Origin: Ginglymostoma cirratum
Taxonomy: Eukaryota
Assembly: GCA_024137785.1 (NCBI GenBank)
Contig: JAHRHZ010000145.1
Coordinates: 20,916,498-20,980,497, forward strand
Direction: 5' to 3'
DNA: 64,000 bases
Shown piece by piece: positions 12,681-25,965 of the stretch. A program made the position numbers and the translations under genes. Below the pieces are notes generated by a model. It ran no database searches, was not told the DNA's origin, and saw nothing but the letters and a program-made list of their open reading frames with translations. Each line of letters starts with the position of its first letter. Within the stretch, counting starts at the first letter, position 1.

Positions 12681-15600
12681 CAGTGGAGAAATAAGTGATG
12701 ACTTACCAAGGGTGTTTAGATGGGATGCAGCTAAACTGTGTGACCTGTAAGTACCAGGAGAGAATGGGGCTGTATGTGCGAGCCAGTATCAGTCAGTCTG
12801 GCACATGCCGTGGGCACCACGGTTTTCCAGCTGCTGTGCCACTGCTTATGAGGGACAACACTGGATTGCCACTATTTGTCAGAGCACACAGTGGCCTTTT
12901 ACGGATCACACGAGCAGAAGGAGTATGTCTTTCAGTGGATATCAGCATGCTAAGTTGTGGGAACAGGCCATGATAAGATGGGGATAGAATCAGATGAGAG
13001 GGCTGCCTATGGAGGGGGGTTAGGAAGTAATGAACCAAGTTTGGTAAGATACAGCAAGAGAAATTGCTAGGCCTCATGATGAAAAACTGAGAAACCCAAT
13101 GCAACTCACGCTTAGACAAAAAGAAAAGGGAAGATATAGCTCTGAATAATTGAATACTACTAGTCCTGGATTCGAAATTTGGACCTTTTGTTTCTCAACT
13201 TAGAAGTGGCGTACATGAGGGGAGGTTGCTAAACTTTTAGATCTGAGAAGTTTTATCTTTATTAACTCAGTGATGTGGGGGAAGAGGGGAAGAAGAAGTT
13301 GCATGGACTAGTATCAGCAACGACAGGACATGGTGGAAGAGTTTGGTGGCCTTCAAATGACACAACAGCTGGGCTAGCAAGAGGCTGGTTGTTAGGTCCT
13401 CATTCAGCAGGAGAGGAAAGGGCAGGCATGGAGGAGGTGTCTAGATGGAGCCAAGCTCAGATCTATAGAGTGAGGTCTTGAGTCCAAAGAAGACATCTGT
13501 ACCACACATGGTAGAGATTATAAAATTCCACCCAAAGAAGCAAACAAAAAGCTTAGTTAAAAAAAAATTCCATCTGAAGTCAGAAGCCATTGAAGGACAT
13601 ATCTGAACTGTACAGCAGATTTTATTTTATTTTTCCACTTTAGATCCCCACTGAGTGACAAAGTCATAGATTGATTTGCTCCCTAGTTCCGTGTAATCCC
13701 ACCATTACATTAGTTGCCAAAGAACCTGATAAAACAGCTTTATACCTTCTTTGGATGTGGGGCTAGCAACAGTAAGGCCAGCTCCTGTGCCTCATGTTCT
13801 TTTATTTACATTATCCTGCAGCTCTATTTTCCTATAAACAGTTGGATACTGATTTGGGAATGTGAAAGCAAGCAGTATTATACCAGGATCAGTCTGGCTT
13901 TTGGATCAGTCTCCAGCTGTCATGATCAGTCACTGACTACAGCTTGTCACTTTCAGGTGTGAAATTTAGATAATAGCAAAACACAAAAACGTAGAGATAG
14001 AATCAACTAAAGGCTAGGTTTTGAAGTTGGCATATACCAGGGGATATACATTACACCAGGTAAGGGTTTGAGATTTGCTCCTGTCAATGATGTTGTCACC
14101 ATTGAAACAGCTGACTGACATTCACCACCCAGGCTCACAGCTGAATACCTGGCATTGGGATGAGGTATCAGAGAGAGATTAATGTTTATGGAACTATAGC
14201 AAAATGTAAAAGGAATCAACACCTTCAGCAGAATAGAGACAAAAGGTAAGAAAACTCAAAAGGCTGCTTTATTTTAAGCTGCAAGTCCAACTGGCATTAT
14301 TTTAAGAGCCACTGGTTGTAAGTTGTTGAATGCTGTTAACTTTGTGCTGGCTTTACCAACGAAGGACAATTTGTAGAGAGATTGTGGTACTGTTTGCTGT
14401 TGATTTCTGTCTCATTGCCTCTGGCAAATTCAACATTTAATGGTATTATAAATGTGACTTTCCTGAACAATTAACATAATTGGTACAGCTCTTGTGTAAT
14501 TTTAGAATAATACTTTAATATAACCCTCCCCCAAACATCTCACATTGCAGTGTCAGTACGTGGCAAAATTAGGGAATGAGAAACAAATGAGCTGTGCCAT
14601 GGTAATTGAGTTTATTCCCATGTACAAACAGAATCAAGAATAATAATATATCAGCGCTATTTGTACCATAACCTCTACTGGCATAAACAGTGGGGTCTTG
14701 GAATTCCATGAGATGAGATAAGTATAGTCAGATTAGCTCCAATGACCCAGAAATTGCACCCATTAATAATCTACAGAATTGGCCAGAATTCCATGGATCA
14801 GCTCATTTGTACTCATTGGAGCATTGCCAGAGCAAATCCCTTGCAAAATGGGTGTGATATGCTGGCGGGTGTTCAAAATGAATTGTGCAACCTTTAAAAG
14901 AGCCAAGAATGGTTAAACATTAAAGCATCGTTCTGGGGATAACAAATAAAATTTGGCTCACTTTTTGGGTTTCAAAGTGGGACGTGTCTTCAGGTGTCTG
15001 TCTCTCAACTTTCAGATCGAGGACTGTTGTTAAACCCACTGGGCTGTTGATTAGCAGGAGCAGAACTCCAATGCTCAAGGAAATAGTAACAGCTGCCCAA
15101 GACTTCAATCTGTCAAGACAACTTCCAATGGTTTCTCTGCCCTTCCACCTCAGAACACCTTGAGAGGCAAGCAAGAGCCCAACACTGCTGCCCAGGCACC
15201 AGGTCCAAAATTGCACTCAGGAGTGTCTCACTCCCAGGCTTAACCACTGTGTAAGGAGGGCCTCCATCGCCTGCATTAAAAATCAAAAGGACCAGCCAGA
15301 TCTCTCTCATGACACCGACCCTCAGTTTAGGAAGAGAGGCATATCCAGATACCATGGGAACGTGATGTCAAAAGATTGTCTTCTCTCATTTTAGAGTTCA
15401 GAGTTACAGGACTGGATGCCTTTATTTCATGCGGGCTTATTCAATCAACAACAGCAGCTTGTATTTATTGCATTAGCGACACTCATGGCATTTCTCAGAA
15501 GCAGGTTCTGATAAAAATAAATGGATGTTTTTGCACAATGTTGGTAAATATTCAGAATGAACATTTCCTCAAAAAGTATTTAAAAGGGAAAACATGAACA

Positions 15601-16019
15601 ATGCACTCTCCCCGACCCAAAAAAAGTATTATGGTGTAATTCAAGACATATATAAGCAGACGGAAGTCCCAGACAAACAGATTGATTTTGAACCAAATAA
15701 ACTCTCAAGGTAAGGTGGTAATGGTTGCATCAACCGACAATACAATTGGACATTCAGAGAACTCGCAGAGCTGAGTCTCTGATGTTCGAACAGGAAGGGT
15801 GTTCAGAATCAGTGAAAATTGAGAGAGACATCAACAGGAGGAGGAGAATGTTACAAATCAACGTGGTAGTGGACCATCAGCAAATGTACCTCAACAAGCT
15901 CCATAATAGTAGGTGCACAGAATTTTCTGCATATTAGGCCATGTGCAGCCGAGTTATGGATGAACTCAAAAGGTCATCAATGGTAGAACAGGGGAGACCT
16001 GCCAAGAGAACATTGAAAT

Positions 16020-16130
16020 AAACATTGAAATTCTGGGAATACTCAGCAGATCGGACAGCATCTGAGAGTCAGATACAGAGTTAATGCTACAGTTTATGAC
16101 CTTTCATGAGAACTGAGAAATGTTAGAAAC
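16020..16130 (-). repeat. Degenerate hammerhead-bearing Penelope-associated repeat
   Basis: Reverse complement reads cagttCTCATGAaaggtcataaactgtagcattaactctg..., related to 18155-18193 and 22440-22560. Confidence 0.5.
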
Positions 16131-18149
16131 TTAAGGGCTATTATGTGGGTGAAATGGAGGAGAGTGGGATAAAGAATAAAAGGGCAGGTCTGTGACAGGA
16201 CAAAACATGGAAGACATTAATGGAAAAAGAGTCAGTGGGGTGAGCCAAGGAAGTGGAAGTGGGGCAGAGTGCGAGAAAGTGTAATGAGAAGCTGTGGGGT
16301 TCAGTGGATGTACAATTAATTAGTTGATAGCCTTTCTCTAGAAATGTAGACAAGGAAGTTGAGAAGGAGAAATATCAGATGAACCAGGTGAATGAGAGAA
16401 CAGTGTTTGTTCTTAGATTGGAATGAATGAGTCTGCATTTTGCATGTTGGTACATTTCACCCAATTTTAAAACCATGTTTATTCATTTTCTGGATGCTGG
16501 TAAGTTCAACATTTATTATCCATGTTTAATTGTCCTTGAATGGACTTCTTCTGCTCAATTTAGAATTAGATTTTATAGTCATGTGTTTTCAAGTACAGGA
16601 ATATATGAGTACAGTGAAAAGTGTACAAAGTAATAATAATACTCAGTAATAAGTCTATGATTCAATAGTGGGATTAAAATTGGGATACACAAGGGGACAG
16701 AAATCTGGATTTCTGGATCACAGATATCTCAGTGGATCGTGGGGATGGAGGAGATCTCAGGAGGCAGGCAGCAGTGAGGATGAGAATTTGAAAGTTGATG
16801 TGTTGCTTTTCTCAGAACTAGTGTAGTTCAGCAGTGAATTGCACTTGGTCCAGCTAAGAAGTTTTTAATCAGTTCAACACTACAAGAGGTAGGGTTTAGG
16901 AATCAACCAGAGGTGCTTTGAAATAGACAAGCCCAGAGTTAAAAAACAAGCAGCAAATGAGCTGAAACAGGAGCAATGTTAAAGAGGAGGAAGTACCCAG
17001 TCTCAGTGATGGTATAAATATGATAGTGCAGAAATGTGATCGGAAGCTCATCTCAGATTCAAAATTAGACCAACTAGATGCAAACAGTGTGATTCATCAC
17101 CAAATAGTTGGGGATAGAGTTTGCGTTGAGTGCTGAAAACATTAGCTTTGGTCCAGTCTGATCTAATATTTGTGTGGAGGAAATCTCTACCTCATCCGAT
17201 ACTAAAATGTAGGACAAATAATCTGACAATTTAGACAATGGTAACCAGCAGTTGTGGATTTCAAATAATTGGAAATATAATTATTTTTACAGAGAGTTAA
17301 GATGTGAAATACACCATCCAAAAGGGTGGAATCAGTTTCCAGAGATTTTTTTCCAAAATGTGAGTGAATGAGTATCAGAAAGTAATCATACAGGATTATA
17401 GGGATAAAGCTGGGTTATGGGTCTTAATATACAATCTCATCCAGTCCAATGATGTTGCTGCTGCACGTGATGGCCTTTCAGAGAGATCAACTCAATAACA
17501 TTTATAATCAAGAACATGATCCACCTCCAAAAAGGTGAGGTGCAGGGATTTAGGAGGTAGAGAGACAAGGACAGCAAGAGCAAGATGGTAATGGAGTATA
17601 ACCCACCGTTAAAGGGGGAGATGCAGAGTTTAGGGAAAAATGTGATCATGGTCTAATAGAGACAGAACATTATCCATTTTCCTACTGGGGTCACATCCTC
17701 CCTTTGTTGAAGCCAGATCCCATTTTCCCTCTTCCCTCGGTGATTCTTCTAACTTGATTGTTACTGGCCTTCTTGCCTCTGATTTCCTCAATAAACCCCT
17801 CAATCTCTTGCTCCCACCCCACCACTCATGCCCCCTCTTCCCCAAGCACCCATCCTTGCTCACTGTGGATCTCATTTCTTCTCTGCATCTTCTTTCCCCC
17901 CTGCCTTTTGATCTAGCCTGTTGCCGCCATCTCCACTCTCCCTTTGACGTCCTCTCTCTCCCCCATGAGCTCCACCTTTCCTCTCTGGTTAGGGGGATCA
18001 ACAGCTGCAATGTAGGGTGTGCCTGATGTGGGACAGGGTTAGCACAGCATGTCAAAGGTGAAAGGCAAATGGGATTCACTTCATCTCGGACCTTCTCTTT
18101 CGTCCTTACTTGCCTTTACTTGCTTAAGGTCTGTTACATCTAAAACTCT

Positions 18150-18272
18150 TTTCTAGTTCTGACAAAAAGGTCATCAACCTGAAAGGGTAACTGAGATAAC
18201 AAGGTGTAGAGCTGGATGAACACAGCAGGCCAAGCAGCATCAGAGGAGCAGGAAGGCTGCTGTTTCAGGCCA
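18150..18272. repeat. Two abutting Penelope-associated repeat fragments in opposite orientation
   Basis: + strand agttCTGACAAaaaggtcatcaacctGAAAgggtaact, joined to a - strand copy gagataacaaggtgtagagctggatgaacacagcagg... Confidence 0.6.
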
Positions 18273-19469
18273 TGAATCAAGCAGGTGATTTGGTCAAAAA
18301 AATAAACTATTGTATAGTCGAAAGGATAAATAGTTTATGTGCATACTATATACATGGTTTTGAAAGAGATATACAAAACATGATTTCACATTTTGTAACA
18401 CAGTTTAGTTAACAAGAATCTCTTTGGTTAACCATTTAGATTTGTTCAAATATCTGATTTGCTACCCTTTCAATCTAGGAATCAAAAATTAATTACCACA
18501 ACAATCAATCAAGCACTGAAATTGTTTCTACAACCCAGTTTTGTCACAACTTACTTTCTTCCTTCCTTCCAGTCAGTCCATACATTTAAAAGACCATTAA
18601 CATAAACATTTGCACAACTGTAAGGGGAAAAAATAAACCAAGTTAGAAATTTAACTTTAGAACAATTGAAAAAACCTCACCTTCTACAAATACCTTCACC
18701 CAAGCCCTCTTGTGCTGACTGCCTTGGGTTGTTTTGCTTCAATCACAGCATGGATCTAGCACTTGAGAGCTCCAGTGTCTCGTGACAAACTTACTGTGAG
18801 ATACATACACAGGGGATTTGTCATTTTTAAACTGATATAACATCCAGATCTTAAATAAATATTATAAATTGGCTGTAAGTGAAAAAGAAAATGTAAGAAA
18901 CTGAGAGTGAAACAATATCTCAATTTAAAATTTACCCTTCTATCCTAAGTAGGTTTTGTAAAGTAATCAAATATTATAACTAACATGAGGCCTAAACCTT
19001 TGTATATCATTAATCCATGCAATATTTTTACAAACATTGATCCATTTCTTTTGAAAATATGCTGTATCACAGTAATGGGAAAACAGCTAATGCGGTCCAC
19101 CTGCAGTAATCATGTGACTCCTGAGTTATTTACCAATAACATTCCTTAATTAATCCTTATTAACCCTGGGCAATCCAATGGGAAAACTTTTAGTCTTCAA
19201 CGAGGTCAGTTCCATTGCTCCCAATGTCTCTGTAAAACTTACATGCAGTTAAATAATAAAAAAAAACAAAGATCTCTGATTTACATCTAGGCCCAATCAG
19301 AATGGGGTAGCAACAGCAGTAGTGACCTTAGAAACTGGCCTAACCGCCCCCCGGATTTAAAAGAAAATTACTCATTGAAGTGAGGTTTTGTTCCCCATGT
19401 ACTGTGTTTCTTAGAAAGTGTACATGGAGTACTGACTGTGTAGTGAGCACAACATTGGACTCAAAAGTA

Positions 19470-20003
19470 CAGCTTAGAGACTGACCCTTGGGCCCAATAC
19501 ATCTACACTGACTGGACATCCCAATCTGACCTAGTCCCATTTGCCAGCAACTGGGCCATATCCCTGCAAGTCTGTCCTATTCATATACCCATCCAGATGC
19601 CTTTTTAAATGTTGTAACTGGACCCACTTCCACCACTTCCTCTGGCAGCTCATTCCATGCACGTACCATGCTCTGCATGAAAAAGTTACCACTCAGGTCA
19701 TTTTTAAATCTTTCCCCTCTCGCATTAAACCTATGCTGTTTAGTTTTGACCTTGGCTATTCACCCTATCCATACCCCTCATGATTTTATAAACCTCTATA
19801 AGGTCACCCCTCAGCCTCCAACGTTCCTGGGGAAAAAAAACCACATTTAGCCTCTGCCTATAGCTCAAACCCTCCAGTCCCAGCAACATCCTTGTAAGTC
19901 TTTTCTGCACCCTCTCAAGTTTATTGACATCCTTCATATAGAAGGGTGACCAGAATTGCACACAATATTCTAAAACTGGCCTCACCAATTTCCTGTACAG
20001 CTG
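19470..20003 (-). mobile_element. CR1-clade LINE 3' fragment
   Basis: ORF 19740-20051(-): LYRKLVRPVLEYCVQFWSP...LERVQKRLTRML...LRGDLIEVYKIMRGMDRV. Confidence 0.9.
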
Positions 20004-20215
20004 TTGCTGGAAATTTGAAATAAAACCCAAGTAAAAAGAGGAAATATTCACCTATTCAGATAGCATCAATGGATAAGGTTAATACATTACATTGACAACC
20101 TTTCATAAGGTTACAAGATGTTTACAACACTGAAGGAGGCCATTTGACCTGTCATGTGCATACTAGCTCATTGCAATAGCAAATCAGTTGACACATTTGC
20201 TCACATTTCCTCTAC

Positions 20216-20548
20216 AGAATCCCTACAGTGTGGAAACAGGCCATTTCCCCCAACAAATCCACACTAACTCTCCAAACAGTATCCCACCCAGACTCTCCTC
20301 CCCACCCTATCCTTGTCACCTTGCATTTCCCATGGCTAATCTGCCCAACCTAGGTAGATTAGGTCCCTGGACAGTATGGGCAATTTAGCATGGTCAATCC
20401 ACCAAACCTTCACATCTTTGGACTGTAGGAGGAAACGCATGCAGACACATGGAGAATGTGCAAACTCCACACAGACAGTTGCCCAAAGCTGGAATTGGAC
20501 CCAGGTCCCTGGCACTGTGAGGTAGTAGTGCTAACCACTGAGCCCCCT
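20216..20548 (-). mobile_element. Near full-length tRNA-derived SINE (HE1-like) with a CR1-derived tail
   Basis: Pol III A box GGCTCAGTGGTTAGC (reverse complement of 20530-20544), B-box-like GGTCCAATTCC (reverse complement of 20491-20501); 3' end resembles the CR1 tails in this window. Confidence 0.85.
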
Positions 20549-20559
20549 ATGCTGGTGGC

Positions 20560-22420
20560 TTGAACAATCTTTTTTCACTTGTCCATCAATAAGGTCAACT
20601 TTGTTAAATATAATTTGCCATTAACATGCCTTAATTAATCTACACTTGTTCAAATGACTATTTAATTTGACCTAGGCAATTCTTTTTTAAAGCTTCCCAC
20701 CAATGAGGGTAAAATGACTGGCCTGTAGTTGCTGGGGTTCACTTTTTTTACCCCCAACAAGGGCGTAACATTTGAACTTCTCCAGTCTTATGGTGCCACC
20801 CCTGTATCTAAAAAAAATTACAGCCAGTGCACCATAATATTCAGTCTTACGTCCTCAGTAGCATCTAAAGTATCACATCTGGTCCTGGTGACTTATCAAC
20901 AATAGTTGTAACCAGTCTTTCTATTACTTTCTCTATGTCAATTTATAGCACAAACCATGTCTCAATAATCTCTTCTTTCAAATGACCTCAGCAGCATCCT
21001 TTCTGCTTGATAAAGACAGATACAAAGTCAGGCCATCTGACCCTGCGGTGCAATTTTATTGTCTTGCTCTTAGCCAATTAACATTCCGTCAAGCAATAAG
21101 CTGAAGATTCCCTTTAATGTTAGCTGCCACTCTTTTCCCATACTTCCTTTTTGCCTCTCTTATTTTGTTTTTTTTCACGTCCACTCTGAATTTTCTATAT
21201 TCAACCTGATTCACATTGTATTATCAACCTGATGTTTGTAACACATTCTCTTTTTTCTGTTTCACCTTACACTCTATCTATTCTATCATTCAGGGGCTCT
21301 GGTTGTCCTACATTATCTACTTATGGGACTGCATCATGACTGTGCTTTATCTCCTCTTTAAAGGCAGCCCATTGTTCCATTATATTTTTCCCTGTTATTC
21401 CTTGATTTGAATTTACTTGGGCCAAATCTATTTTCACTCTATTGGAGGTGGTCCTCCCCAAATTAATGATACTTATTTTAGATTGCTCCTTGTCCTTCCA
21501 TTGGTAATTTAAACCTTTGATACTATGATCACTGCTTGATAATCCCTGAAACTTAATTCATTTGACCCATCATATTCCCCAGAAACAGATCCAGCAGCAC
21601 CTTCTTCCTCATTGAGCCAGAAGCATATTAATCAAGAATTTTCTCCTGACCACACTGCAGAAGATTGTCTCCCTTGCTGCCCTTTGCAATTGTGCTGTTT
21701 GCTCAATATTAAAAGAACTAAAATTTCCTATCATATCTACTTAACAGGGCTGCAGCAGTTCAAGAAGGACACATCCCATGAGTGAACAAAAAACAATAGA
21801 TTTTGCACCTCTGTTGCTCCATACTTGTTGCTCCATATTTTTCCCAGCAGTTGGTAGTCCGTGGACAGCACCCGATCAAATGATGGTCCATGCATTGTTT
21901 TACAGTCCTAACCAAATACATTCTGTCCTTGACTTCTCTGGGACATTCATTCATTCCAAAATGGGCAACATTTTTCTTCATGAAGCAGTAACCCCTTTCC
22001 CTTTCTTTTCTTCCCTATCTTTCTGAAACACTTTTGTGTTTAAGAATATTGAGTACCCAGTCCTGATCTTTTGTGGAGTCAGGACCATATAATTTCCACA
22101 ACGTCACTTTCCCTTGTAGCAATCTACACCTGCAGCTCACCAACGTTATTTGCAACACTCCAGTTTCTTTTAAAAATCATCCACAAATTTAAAAGCATTT
22201 AAATGTCTGATTTCCTTTTAGTCTGATTCCTATCTGCCTCTCCAAATCTTTTGTGCACCTCACGTTACATCCTAGTTTCCACCTGCTGCCAACATCATTA
22301 GCAAACCACCCTAACAGGAGATCCATTGGTTCCAGTTCTAATGAGCTATAATGCACTTAGCCTTTCTAAGTCTCACCAACAACCTGACCCCAGAATTCGT
22401 TGCCATGTCCAGCAACTGAA
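20560..22420 (-). mobile_element. Highly decayed CR1-like LINE internal fragments
   Basis: Reverse complement of about 20712-20740 gives NPSNYRPVIL (cf. the NYRPVSL RT motif); SDH-like motif near 21525. Confidence 0.55.
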
Positions 22421-22439
22421 GCCTCTCCAGTACCGAAAA

Positions 22440-22750
22440 AAACTGAAAAAACTGCAGATGCTGTAAAACAGAAATTGCTAGAAAAGCTCAGCAGGTCTGG
22501 AAGCATCTGTGGAGAGAAGTCAGAGTTAATGTTTCAGGTGGAGTGACCCTTCCTTGAGGGTGATGAACTGCAGGTGTAGATTGCTACAAGGGAAAGTGAT
22601 ATTTGGCAATAACATGGCCATGATTCCACAAAAGGTCATGACTGGGTAGTCAATATTCTTAGAGACCTGAAACGGTAACTCTGATTTCTCTCCACAGATG
22701 CTATCAGACCTGCTGAGTTTTTCCAACAGTTTCTGCTTTTGTCCTCTCCA
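22440..22750. repeat. Inverted pair of Penelope-associated repeats with degenerate hammerhead cores
   Basis: 22465-22538 is an imperfect reverse complement of 22664-22742; GAAAC..TAACTCTG hammerhead 3' half in both arms. Confidence 0.7.
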
Positions 22751-22922
22751 GTACCATGTTTGCTCCCACACATCTGTCGTTATATTCTGTATATCCAAAT
22801 TCGCTAATGCATAATACGGGCAGTAATCTTGAGATTACTGTCTTTGTGACCATGCTTCATAGCCCAGGATTTAAATGGTACCAGGAGGTAAGGTGGGAGG
22901 TGTGGTGTCTGGTACCATCACA

Positions 22923-23015
22923 GATATAACAGCGTGGAGCTGGAGGAGCACAGCAGGCCAGGCAGCATCAGAGGAGCAGGAAAGTTGACGTTTCGGGTCA
23001 TGACCCATCTTCACA
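22923..23015 (-). repeat. Penelope-associated repeat with a near-intact hammerhead
   Basis: Reverse complement reads gTGAAGA-t-GGGTC-at-GACCC-GAAAC-GTC-aac; core C3 is substituted. Confidence 0.65.
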
Positions 23016-24094
23016 GGATGCTTTTGGAGTGTTTTAATGGCAGCAGAACTGGATGCAGAATTACGTGTCTAATGAGAATTTAATGTCTAATGAGGGGTCG
23101 TTTTATAATCCCATGACAGGGGCTTCCTCACCACAGTCTGCTGGGCAAGGTCCACAGGCCAAAGGTGAGCAAGACCGATGACTGCCGACCGTTAGCATCA
23201 TGTTTTTCTACAAACTTTTAGTTTGTCAAGGTTACATCTTGCAGACTCTGGCTCTCCTGAATGTATCAGCAGTGATCCACTCTCCTGGTGGCACTGCTGA
23301 GGATTTAGAGCTACCAGCCATCAGCAGCCTGCCATGGCATAGGGTACACAGATGATAAATTGGGCAGCTGCCGGTGGTAAAATTGCTGAGAGGCACCGCT
23401 GCTGGTTAGCAAAGCTCAGGATCCATTTTTACCCTTCCACTGGCATCCCTTTGTAAAATCAGCCCTTAGTGTCATTGTCAGCTTCCTAACTCCTGCCTGT
23501 AGGAACTTATTCCTCTCTGTACCCATGGTGTTGGAACCAATGTGTACCACATCCTCTGACAGCAGCCAATCAGTGACATGTAGGACCCTGCCAGAAGGGA
23601 GGCAACATATGACCTTGGAATCATGTCTGTGGGTGCAGACAAGCCTGTCAGCTCATCAGAAACATTTCCAACATTTTCAAGGCATTTCAGCACTGAGCTC
23701 ATGTGGATGTCTCCTAAACTAACGGAATCAGCAGCGAGTGCATCTGGAGAATTCTTCTCACATTTATTGCTGATAGCTTGGAAGCAAAGGAATTAAACTC
23801 ACTTTTGAGTGGGGCATGGGAGGGTAGGGGAATGTCTTTACAAGTGTCAGCCTTTACAACTGATTAACTCCAAGCCATCACAATGACATCCCTTGTAACC
23901 TGAAGATACACAAAGAAGTCAAAGTATCATCCTTCTCAATGACATTACATTATTACTGGTTTCCATCCTACTACCCGAGGCGGTAGTGGCAGGGGTCTGC
24001 ATTTTGTATTGGGGATAATTTACAATCCAGTGTCATGTGTGGCAGAGTCTCTGGTCAACTCTAATTCAGGATGTAGCCCCTGTTTGTGAGCCCT

Positions 24095-24289
24095 TGGCTC
24101 AGCTGTCGCACTCGTGAGTGAGAAGGTTGTGGAGTCAACTAATACCCCAGAGATCTGAGCTCATGTTCTGGGTTGATGTTTCAATGCAGCACAGAGGGCT
24201 TGCTGCACCATTGGAGAGACTATCTTTCAGATGTGATATTAAGCTGAGAACTCAGTGACCTTCTCAGGTTACGTGGCACTATTTGAAGA
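24095..24289 (+). mobile_element. Deu-domain tRNA SINE (SacSINE1-like), 5' half
   Basis: tggctcag A box-like head, gaaggttgtgg, tgcagcacagagggcttgctgcac, tctttcagatg, tggcactatttgaaga; matches the recalled DeuSINE layout. Confidence 0.65.
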
Positions 24290-25729
24290 TATAACTACAG
24301 CGGCACAGATTTGGTATTAACTGTTGGCAAGTTATTTCTTAATTGCCTCTCGCCAATTGCAAAGAAGTCCTTCCAAAGTCCCAGCACTATTCGGAACCCA
24401 CCAGAGGAACAACCAATGTGATCCTCATAGCACGCCAACTCCAGAAAAGGTTCAAAGAGCAGGTAGCTCTTCCATACGTGGTTTCCCAATCTCACAAAAG
24501 CCTCCAACACAGTGAATTGTTTCCTTTATCCTTGAAAGATGTGGTTGGCCAGATAAGTTCACAAAACTCGTTTGTCTCCGACATGACAGCACTATACAGA
24601 GACCCCTTCCTTGTCAAGACAGGTGTTATACAGGCTGGCTTAATTCCATCACTACTATTCTCAATTTTTCTTGCAGCAATGTGGCAATTTACTACTAACA
24701 GGCTCGCCTTGGCATGAAAATAATTTAGCTGATGTACACACTTCAACCTCAACCAGATGAAGGCTACTACCAAGAAAACAACAAATCCTTCAATGGAACT
24801 ACAGCATGCTGATGATACACAAGCTCATCCTAAAGAAGAACTACAGCAGATGGGTGACATATGGACCACAGCCTGCTTGCCCTGAACACCAGGAAGATCA
24901 AAATCCTCTAGCCAACCCAAAATCAAATGTATTAAATGCGATTGAGATTGAGATTCATGGTGCAGTGTTGGAAAATACTCCTTACTTCTCATAGACTGGA
25001 AGCATTTGATCGCAAAAAGCTAACATTAGTGAAATGGTACACTGCTGAATTCAATTTGCATGCTTAGTTTATGGTCAATGATACCCTCAGGTTTTTGAGA
25101 ATTGCGATACCCGACCTAACCCTGAACTCAAGATTTCTCAGGCAGTGGTTCTTTCCTCTCTTCCCCATTTCTCTGAAGTTTGAACAACATACGAATGGCA
25201 TATCAATGCTATACAACAACAGCATTAATTCATTTTAACTAATCTTGCAAATCAAGTGGGAGAACAAAAGAAAAACATAGTTCTTCCTTGACATTGGTAA
25301 TCCAAGTATGGAGGCCACGGTAGTCCTACATAAGCTTAGATAAATGAGACATCAGAATGTACATCTCAAAACTGCCTTTATCAAATCCTCTAATCAGATC
25401 TGCACCAAGGAGACCACTCCCATAGGAAACTAAAGAAACAGTTCAAAAACAATGTCATTATCTCCACTAATGTCTGCACCAGTAATACCAACGCAAGCAC
25501 AATCTAAATGGTGATGTATCATGAACATTTGTGCCAAGATTGTTCTAATCAATGATTGCAGTCACTGTGTGTAAAGAGAGACAGGGCAGCAACTGGAGTC
25601 AGCAATCTACCCCAACATCTGCCAGCTGACAAATGCCATTTAGGAACCCATGGTCATCTCACTTCCACCCAGCCGTCCACAAGGAAGAATCATTTTTCAT
25701 ACCTGGAATTGCCAGAGATAAAGACTCAG
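24290..25729 (+). mobile_element. Decayed RTE-clade LINE (RT region to 3' end)
   Basis: ORF 24343-24717: RGTTNVILIARQLQKRFKEQ and DPFLVKTGVIQAGLIPSLLFSIFLAAM (cf. RTE RT RGT.DMIF.ARQLQEKCREQ and GVKQGCV.AP.LFSIF). Confidence 0.75.
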
Positions 25730-25965
25730 TGAAGAAAAGAATTGTCCCTCTTGTCCTGACCAACATTTATCACTCAATCAGAATTGCTAAAATGCATGGT
25801 CATAATCTAATTGTCGCAAATGATATTTGTCTTTTAGAAATTGGTTATCATGTTTCCTAGTTTACAAACATCTGCACTTCAAAAACAAGAAGCTGCATTC
25901 GTCGTAAGGCACTCTGCGTTGTCCTGACGCCTATACATCACTTCACATAAATGCATTCTTTTCCC
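25730..25965 (+). mobile_element. Deu-domain SINE, 3' half
   Basis: tgtcctgaccaacatttatcactcaa...aaattgg...tgtttccta...cacttcaaaa...ataaatgcattctttt continues the element broken at 24289. Confidence 0.6.

Noticed and set aside
17630-18079. 149-aa Arg/Glu/Gly-rich minus-strand ORF
   Set aside because: Product of a pyrimidine-rich low-complexity tract, probably TE-derived UTR
20490-20548. tRNA-like A and B boxes (also near 30840-30900)
   Set aside because: SINE heads rather than tRNA genes; no complete cloverleaf
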